DNA from: Ascoidea asiatica JCM 7603
Taxonomy: Eukaryota; Fungi; Ascomycota
Length of the DNA stretch: 64,000 nt
Direction: 5' to 3'
Assembly: GCA_001600695.1 (NCBI GenBank)
Contig: BCKQ01000024.1
Coordinates: 1 to 64,000, forward strand
The translations under genes and the position numbers were made by a program. Positions 56,850 to 64,000 of the stretch are shown one piece after another; positions within the stretch are counted from its first letter, which is position 1, and each line of letters opens with the position of its first letter. A model generated the notes under the pieces. It did not search any database and was not told where the DNA came from. It saw only the letters and a list, made by a program, of their open reading frames with translations.

Positions 56850-59285
56850 TCATCCACTTAATTGTATTGATTTTCCTTGATTTTGAGAAGAATTATAATA
56901 AATAGCATTTTTCATTTGATCATTATTAGCATCATCCATTGTTGCTCGTAAAAATGATTCATTATCTCTATTTCCAACATTATTACAATTTTTTATTTTA
57001 TTTACATATTTATCAACTTTTAACCAACCTTCTTTTCTAAGCATTTCTGTTTCTTTAATTTTTTCTAAATTTTGAAAATGAAGTAAACTACATTCATTAT
57101 ATAAAATTGGATTTGATTCCAGAAATGTTTTCAACGAATTATAAGCTAATGAACATATTGTACTATTCCAATTATTACCACCATTATTCATTTCGCCATT
57201 ATATTGATTATTTGTAAAATCATTTCCATTAAACATATCATCTAAGTTACTTCCATTACTTATCATCATTCCACCATTAGAATTATTATTATTATTATTG
57301 TTATTATTATTATTATTTTGATCTTGATTTGATAATTCATATAAAGCAGGGAAAATAATTGGAAGTATTATTTCTGCATTTTCAGTAACTAAATTTAAAA
57401 AATATTCATTATTCCAATAACAAAGAACTTTTTCAGCAATTTGAAAATGAGGAGAAGAAATACATCTAGATAATTGAATAAATAATGGTACTTGAATTTT
57501 CATAAATTCAGAAGGTTCAATAACTTCAAAAATATCTTCAATTTCATTTAAAAACATAATTTCTTTTGGAGAATTAATTTTTGGCCAATACCTTAATAAA
57601 CCTATTACAACATCTTCAGTTAATGAAGGATCTTTTTCTAAAAATTGAACAACACAATAAGCTAATTGTGGATGATATAAAGATAAACATTTAACTTTAT
57701 GTAAAGGTAATAAAACTCTACATAAAAAAATTTTATGTTCTTCTTTTAAAGGTAAAGCAAAACCATTAATAATTGAACCTAAAATTTCTAATAATTCAGA
57801 TATACCATTGAATCTACCAGTATCATAAGCAAAAATTAAAAATACATTACCAATTGATCTTCTTATAAAAGCTCTAAGATTTAAAAATTTTCCATAAATT
57901 CTATGTAAAGTTGTTTTTAAACAATCTCTTTCTCTTGGATCTTCAGAATCAAATAATTCTAATAATTTTAAAATAAATTGATGATCAATATATTGTCTAC
58001 AATGTTTTGCATATTGATGATCAAAATCAGGACTTTGTAAAAATCTAAAAAATAATTCATAAACTAATTGCATATGAGGCCAAGCAATTTCAAAAACAGG
58101 TTCATCTTCATCAGGATCATAAATATCACCAATTGGATTAACAGGAGGTGGAATTGGTCTAAATAAATTAGTTTTAAACATTATTACAATATTTTTACAT
58201 AATTCATCAGTAAAAGTAAATCTATTATAAGAAATAAATTCAATTAATTGTTGTAAAGTTAATCTTTTTAATTCTTTACCTCTAATATCATCAGAAGGAT
58301 CATTAAAATTAAATAATATATTACATTGTTTAATTTTTTTAATAAATAAAGGAATTTGTTCTTTTGAATGAACTTCATCAAAAGAAGGTAAAGGATCAAA
58401 AGTTTGTCTTTTTGAAGTTGGTTCAAATCTTGAAGAAGAATGTCTTTGAGGAGTTTTAATTAAATCTATATCAGTATCTAATAATCTTCTATCTCTTTCA
58501 AAAGAATGAGAACCACGAGGAATAAAAGAATTTACTTGAGAATCAGTTGATAATAAAGGAGAAGAGTTTAAATTATTTGAATTATTTGAATTTGTTGGAG
58601 TAGTTGGACTTGTGAGTAAGCTATTATTATTATTGTTATTATTATTATTGATATTATTTAAATCCATATTTGATATATCATTATGATTATTAATATTCAT
58701 ATCATCAGTTATTATTAATTGAGGAGTAGATAAAGGTTGAGTTGGATTTGAGATTATAGTAGAAGAATTTGAATTTGGATAAGTCATAATTGTATCAGAA
58801 GGGGAAGTTATTGTTGAAGGAGTTGGAGGAGTTTGAGGAGTTTGAGGTTGAGTGATTTTATTTGATTGATTATTTGATTTGGATGAAGAAAGGGATTTTG
58901 ATTGTTGTTGTTGAACTTTATTGGTATCATTATTGGTATTGATATTAGATAATTGTTTAATTTGTTTAGTTGATTTATTTGAATTATTTGAAATATTTGA
59001 ATTATTTGAGTTAGTTGAATTAGTTGAAGAAGAAATTGAAGAATTATCTTTATCCTTATCCTTATCTTTATTATCTTTATCTTTCTCTTTATCCTTAATT
59101 GATTGATCTATTGAATCATGAGAGAAATTTTTAATGTTTTCTTTATTATTATCTTTTATATTTTCTTTATTTTCTTTATTTTCTTTTTCTTTATCCTTAT
59201 CTTTTTTTTTTGAAAAAGTTTTTGAATCTAAAGATTTAGTTCTTTGTAAGACTCTTTGTTTGAAACCTTTCATCATTTTATCCAT
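56850..59285 (-). CDS. RTS1: PP2A regulatory subunit B'/B56, copy B
   Basis: Same B56 core as copy A and the same MDKMMKGFK start. The low-complexity N-terminus differs and is rich in TP sites. Confidence 0.97.
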   Translation of the reverse strand: MDKMMKGFKQRVLQRTKSLDSKTFSKKKDKDKEKENKENKENIKDNNKENIKNFSHDSIDQSIKDKEKDKDNKDKDKDKDNSSISSSTNSTNSNNSNISNNSNKSTKQIKQLSNINTNNDTNKVQQQQSKSLSSSKSNNQSNKITQPQTPQTPPTPSTITSPSDTIMTYPNSNSSTIISNPTQPLSTPQLIITDDMNINNHNDISNMDLNNINNNNNNNNNSLLTSPTTPTNSNNSNNLNSSPLLSTDSQVNSFIPRGSHSFERDRRLLDTDIDLIKTPQRHSSSRFEPTSKRQTFDPLPSFDEVHSKEQIPLFIKKIKQCNILFNFNDPSDDIRGKELKRLTLQQLIEFISYNRFTFTDELCKNIVIMFKTNLFRPIPPPVNPIGDIYDPDEDEPVFEIAWPHMQLVYELFFRFLQSPDFDHQYAKHCRQYIDHQFILKLLELFDSEDPRERDCLKTTLHRIYGKFLNLRAFIRRSIGNVFLIFAYDTGRFNGISELLEILGSIINGFALPLKEEHKIFLCRVLLPLHKVKCLSLYHPQLAYCVVQFLEKDPSLTEDVVIGLLRYWPKINSPKEIMFLNEIEDIFEVIEPSEFMKIQVPLFIQLSRCISSPHFQIAEKVLCYWNNEYFLNLVTENAEIILPIIFPALYELSNQDQNNNNNNNNNNNNSNGGMMISNGSNLDDMFNGNDFTNNQYNGEMNNGGNNWNSTICSLAYNSLKTFLESNPILYNECSLLHFQNLEKIKETEMLRKEGWLKVDKYVNKIKNCNNVGNRDNESFLRATMDDANNDQMKNAIYYNSSQNQGKSIQLSG

Positions 59286-61478
59286 TTTTGAATAAAAGAA
59301 AAGTAATTAATTAATTGATTAATTAATTAATTAAGTAGCTGATTGATTTATTAATTGATTTAATGATTGATTGATTGTATGATGTTATGAATAGAATGAT
59401 TGAATAAAATAATGATAAAATGAAAAAGTCAAAAGATATGAAAAATAAATGAAGAATATATAAATTGAAGGATAATTGATAATGAGTAAAGTAAAATAAA
59501 TAAATATCTAAGTAATGAGTTAATGAGTTAATGAGTTAATGAATTAATGAATATAAATAAATATAATTGAATGTAGATAAATATAATTGAATATTATAAA
59601 TAAATGAAAAAGAATATAAAAAGAGATAAAGAAGTAAATGAGTAGTAGTACCTTAGTATTTGAGATGAATAATAAATAAATACAGCACAACCAGAAGTAT
59701 CGATAGCATAAGCAGTATAGTTCCGGTACTTGCACTTGTCCTGGTAGCACCACCAGGCAGACTACGTGCTCACGACACCTGGCGAACTTCTTCAGGTCAG
59801 CATTCTCCCCACAATGGGACACAGATTGGACAAGCAAAGTAAGCCCTGGCCTAATATGGGGTCTGGCTGCTGGGGTTTGAATGTCCCGGGGTTTGGCCTC
59901 TGTGGCGAAAGACTAGACCAGGGGTCTACTAAAGCCACATTCCATAAAACAAGAACATATTCCGAGAGCAATGCCGTGACTTTTGAGTTCCGAGGAAATG
60001 GATTCAGTTCCGGTCTGCCATCAGTCTGCAATCAGTCTAACTTATTATTGCTATTATGCTATTCCTAGGTAAAAGAATTGCTTTGGAGTGTGAAAATTGG
60101 GTTTTAATTGGCGACAAACTATCCATAATTTATATAAAACAAATAAATTCATTTCCGATGATGGTTAAATGCATTGATGATAAAATAAGTGTAACTGATT
60201 TGGATAATCTTAATATTATACCATTAAAAGATTATTATCTCATTTATGTCCAAAACTTATTCATCAGTGTTTTTTTCTTAAATGCTTGTTTCTATGAAAT
60301 TTTTCTATTAATTAAAGCTAAATTATATTATTTTTCAATTTACGAATCTATTTTCATTTTATATGGTATTTCATCAAAATATATTAAAAAATATGACCTT
60401 TTAAAACTAAAAAATAATTTAACTTTAATTGATTTAAAAGATCAAAATACTAATGATTCTCCTATAACTGACTCTACAAAAATAACTCTTCTTCTGATAT
60501 CAGGTCAATTTGAAAATTTATTAATAATAATAACTCGCTTGTTAATAATTGATAATAAATATTCTTTTTAAGTACACTGCAAATAAAAGTGCTTATGTTA
60601 AAATATATTTTACTGCAATAAAAGAGTAAAAACAAAGGCATTAAGCATTACTTATTTGTTAATATGGAATTATTGATTTCCATTTGTCAAATTGACATTT
60701 TAATATAAGCAATATTGAATCTTAGTTTATAGTTCATCTTTTGTCAGCTTTTGAATCTGATTCTCCTATTCAAGCTTCATCAAGAACTAAAAAAGAAACA
60801 CTTGAAAATCCTATTTTTTATCAATTAAGTTATGATTGTAATTATAAATATGATTTTCTTAAGTATCTTAACTTCAGATTTCAATTACTTTTATATTTTT
60901 ATGAAAGTTGTCATTTTAAATTTTTTTTTTCAATAAACTTTCTTTTTCTTTTCTTTACTTTGTCGTCTTTGCTATCAGTAAAAAATCATCACCAATTTCT
61001 TCTTCTTTCTCTTTTCATATTGATTGTTATAATCATTAAGTTTTTTAGATTCCTTTTAATCCTCTAATTCACCTGAGTCTTTTGAATCTCTGGATTATAT
61101 TAGATTTCTTCAAACTTTTAATTTATTTATGATTCCCATAAACATATCTGATCCTTGTTTGGCATGAGCACGTCACGTTCTCGCGACTTGCAGTCAGGGC
61201 TCTGCCAGCCTGGGCTCTCTAGTACCCAACAGCCCTGAGAATCCCAGAATAGGAGTTATCTATCAACAACCGAAACATATTATCATCTTTGAATATTGAA
61301 TGAATGTAAACAATGGATAAATAATTGTGTCTATGTCTATGTTTTTGATCAATTTGATCTGAAATAGAATACATTCATTAAATTATTATATCATTATTAT
61401 ATCATTATTTTTACATTTAATTTCAAAGATATTATAAGTTAATATAAAATAAGAAAAGTTAAACTTTTATTTTAATTC

Positions 61479-62927
61479 ATGTCTACAAACTCAGATTTCC
61501 TAAATAAAGGTATTGCCTTTATAGAAAAAGCAATAGAATTAGATCAAGCTTTAAATTATAATGAAGCTTATACTTCTTATTATTCAGGCTTAGATTATTT
61601 AATGTTAGCAATGAAATATGAAAAAAGTCAACAAAGTAAAAAAATTATTAAACAAAAAGTTACTGAATATTTAACAAGAGTTGAAAAATTAAAAGCTTAT
61701 TTAGATAAAGAAAATATTCAATCAAATAATGATTCAGTTAATGGTTCTTCAACTAAAAAAAAAACAAATAAAAATTCTCCAAATGGTTCAAATTCAAATT
61801 CAAATTCAAATAATAATAATAATAATAATAAAGATAATGACGATGATGATGATGATGAAAATAAAAAATTAAAAAAAAGTTTACAAAGTTCAATATTATC
61901 TGAAAAGCCAAATGTTAAATGGGATGATGTTGCAGGTCTTGAACCTGCAAAAGAAGCTTTAAAAGAAGCTGTAATATTACCTGTAAAATTTCCACATTTA
62001 TTTACTGGTAAAAGAAAACCAACTTCTGGTATTTTACTTTATGGTCCTCCAGGTACTGGTAAATCTTTTTTAGCAAAAGCTGTTGCAACTGAAGCAAATT
62101 CAACTTTTTTTTCTGTTTCTTCATCTGATTTAGTTTCAAAATGGATGGGTGAATCTGAAAAATTAGTTAGAAATTTATTTAAAATGGCAAGAGAAAATTC
62201 TCCTTCAATAATTTTTATTGATGAAGTTGATGCTCTTTGTGGTCCAAGAGGTGAAGGTGAATCTGAAGCAAGTAGAAGAATAAAAACTGAATTATTAGTT
62301 CAAATGAATGGTGTGGGTAATGATTCAACTGGTGTACTTGTATTAGGCGCAACTAATATACCTTGGCAATTAGATGCTGCAATTAGAAGAAGATTCGAAA
62401 GAAGAATTTATATAGCTTTACCTGAATTACAAGCAAGAGTTAAAATGTTTCAATTAAATATTGGTAATACTCCTTGTGAATTAAATAAAAATGATTATAA
62501 ATTATTAGGTAAATTAACTGATGGTTATTCAGGTTCTGATATTGCTGTTGCTGTAAGAGATGCTTTAATGGAACCAATTAGAAAAATTCAAACTGCAACT
62601 CATTTCAAAAAAGTTATATGTCAGGTCAATAATAGTGATGAGGATGATGATGATGGTAATAATAATAACGATAGTGATAATAATAGTAATAATAAAAGCA
62701 ATAAAAGTAATACTACTACTAAAGAAAAATTTACTCCATGTTCTCCTGGTGATAAAAATGCAATAGAAAAAAGTTGGATGGATATTGAAAGTGATGAATT
62801 ATTAGAACCTTCTTTAACAATTAAAGATTTTTTAAAGGCAATAAAGAAAACAAGACCAACTGTTAATAAAGATGATTTAATAAAACAAGAAAATTTCACA
62901 AAAGATTTTGGTCAAGAAGGTAATTAA
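61479..62927 (+). CDS. VPS4: AAA ATPase Vps4 (ESCRT-III disassembly)
   Basis: N-terminal MIT domain, [51 protein letters not shown]-terminal [10 protein letters not shown]. Confidence 0.98.
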   Translation: MSTNSDFLNKGIAFIEKAIELDQALNYNEAYTSYYSGLDYLMLAMKYEKSQQSKKIIKQKVTEYLTRVEKLKAYLDKENIQSNNDSVNGSSTKKKTNKNSPNGSNSNSNSNNNNNNNKDNDDDDDDENKKLKKSLQSSILSEKPNVKWDDVAGLEPAKEALKEAVILPVKFPHLFTGKRKPTSGILLYGPPGTGKSFLAKAVATEANSTFFSVSSSDLVSKWMGESEKLVRNLFKMARENSPSIIFIDEVDALCGPRGEGESEASRRIKTELLVQMNGVGNDSTGVLVLGATNIPWQLDAAIRRRFERRIYIALPELQARVKMFQLNIGNTPCELNKNDYKLLGKLTDGYSGSDIAVAVRDALMEPIRKIQTATHFKKVICQVNNSDEDDDDGNNNNDSDNNSNNKSNKSNTTTKEKFTPCSPGDKNAIEKSWMDIESDELLEPSLTIKDFLKAIKKTRPTVNKDDLIKQENFTKDFGQEGN

Positions 62928-63450
62928 CTCATTCTTTTCAATCTCATTTTAATTTTTCATTAACCTTCTTTTTTCTTTTATTTTAATCATGTCTCTATAT
63001 TTATATATTTTTCTATTTTTATATTTTGTTTTTTATAAATTTTTGTATAATTCTCTATTTTTTAGAACATTTTTGATCTTGCATTTTACTACGGTATGTT
63101 CTTATTAATTATTCTGAACTTAATTTTATAACAAAATAAATAAAACTTTTTTATTAAGAAAATATTAGCAAAGATTAAATTATTATATATTTATAAGAAT
63201 TTACAAAAAAGAACTCTATGAAAAATTGAAAATTATTAAATGACATAGCAATATTAAGAGAACTAGAATTTTAAAACAACACTTAACAAAACAAAACAAA
63301 AATTTAAAATTGAAAAAAAAAAAGAAAAATAAAAATCATAAAATGAAAATACAAATTAAAGAATAAAAAAAAAATCGAATTATCCTTCTAAATTATCACA
63401 AATAGATTAATTAAATTAAAAAAAAATATAATATATAACTTTAAACATTT

Positions 63451-63999
63451 TTAAAACAAATCATTTTCATAAGGACATTCAAAACTATCATGTCCTTCTC
63501 TATCACAAAACCCACACCATTTTTTTCTTCCAGCTGATGGATCGGTTGGTGTATTTGGAACATAAACTTCCAACTTCCCATTCACAACTTGAGGAGTAGA
63601 TTCATGATCAGATTGAGCATCAGCTTTATTATCCGGAGTCTTAGAATCATTTTTTGCTAATGGTTTTCTCATATATGAATTAGGTGTTGTTAAATCATCA
63701 CTATTGATATTATCTGCTGATCCATTTACTCCATTGGAAATTAACGACATACTTGCACGATTGGGACTTCTCATCATAAAACTCTCCGGTGAAAAGGATG
63801 ATTGAGAATCAAATCTATCAGAATTTCTATTTTTAGGTGAAGTTAATAAAGGTGGGCTATTATGAAATCTAGGAGAACCTGAATTTCTTCTAGAAGAATT
63901 TCTGACTGGAGAAAAACTTCTAAAAGATTGCCTATGACTTTTACTATTTAAACGGCTTTTTAACATTTCAATTTCAAGAGACTTTTGCTGATTTTCTTC
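63451..63999 (-). CDS. BIK1: 3' part of a CLIP-170/Bik1-like microtubule plus-end protein (5' end outside the window)
   Basis: The frame is open to the window edge (EENQQKSLEIEML...). C-terminal zinc knuckle WCGFCDREGHDSFECPY and an acidic-aromatic end (ENDLF). The CAP-Gly domain is not visible. Confidence 0.72.
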   Translation of the reverse strand, partial: EENQQKSLEIEMLKSRLNSKSHRQSFRSFSPVRNSSRRNSGSPRFHNSPPLLTSPKNRNSDRFDSQSSFSPESFMMRSPNRASMSLISNGVNGSADNINSDDLTTPNSYMRKPLAKNDSKTPDNKADAQSDHESTPQVVNGKLEVYVPNTPTDPSAGRKKWCGFCDREGHDSFECPYENDLF

Positions 64000-64000
64000 A

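Noticed and set aside
60056-60571. 171-aa + strand ORF as a functional gene
   Set aside because: Composition is typical of random AT-rich DNA (rich in I, L, F, Y, K) with no motif. It is kept only as part of the low-confidence relic finding.

Overview
Very AT-rich eukaryotic DNA from a budding yeast (Saccharomycotina). The genes are almost intron-free, many proteins carry Asn-rich tracts, and one ribosomal protein gene has a GTATGT..TAG intron. About 23 protein genes are supported: mitochondrial aldehyde dehydrogenase, two RTS1 (PP2A B56) paralogues 52 kb apart, a TatD/Scn1-like hydrolase, an alpha-ketoglutarate xanthine dioxygenase, an Rme1-like C2H2 factor, a beta-mannosyltransferase, two ADH6/7-like reductases in inverted orientation, an EAF-domain protein with AT-hook-like motifs, a 68-aa Cys-rich microprotein, a DPP1-like PAP2 phosphatase, a GRX6/7-like glutaredoxin, RPS11, a Zn2Cys6 factor, NIC96, an orphan protein with 18 x 14-aa coiled-coil repeats, AVT4, a GPI-type adhesin, LSP1/PIL1, a membrane-anchored cyclophilin, VPS4 and the 3' end of BIK1. 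A full-length but dead Ty3/gypsy retrotransposon spans 34592-40963. Its LTRs carry several heat-shock-element-like motifs, it has no tRNA primer-binding site, and it sits upstream of one ADH copy. A second, decayed gag relic lies near 14.8-15.1 kb. The window starts with a C-rich 17-bp tandem repeat that could be telomeric. I found no single clear-cut new system. The best candidates for undescribed biology are the 14-aa repeat protein, the Cys-rich microprotein, the EAF/AT-hook fusion, the unusual primer region of the retroelement, the nested-stem element at 56.0-56.2 kb and the recurrent GC-rich promoter islands. All family calls come from motif recognition by eye; no searches were run.
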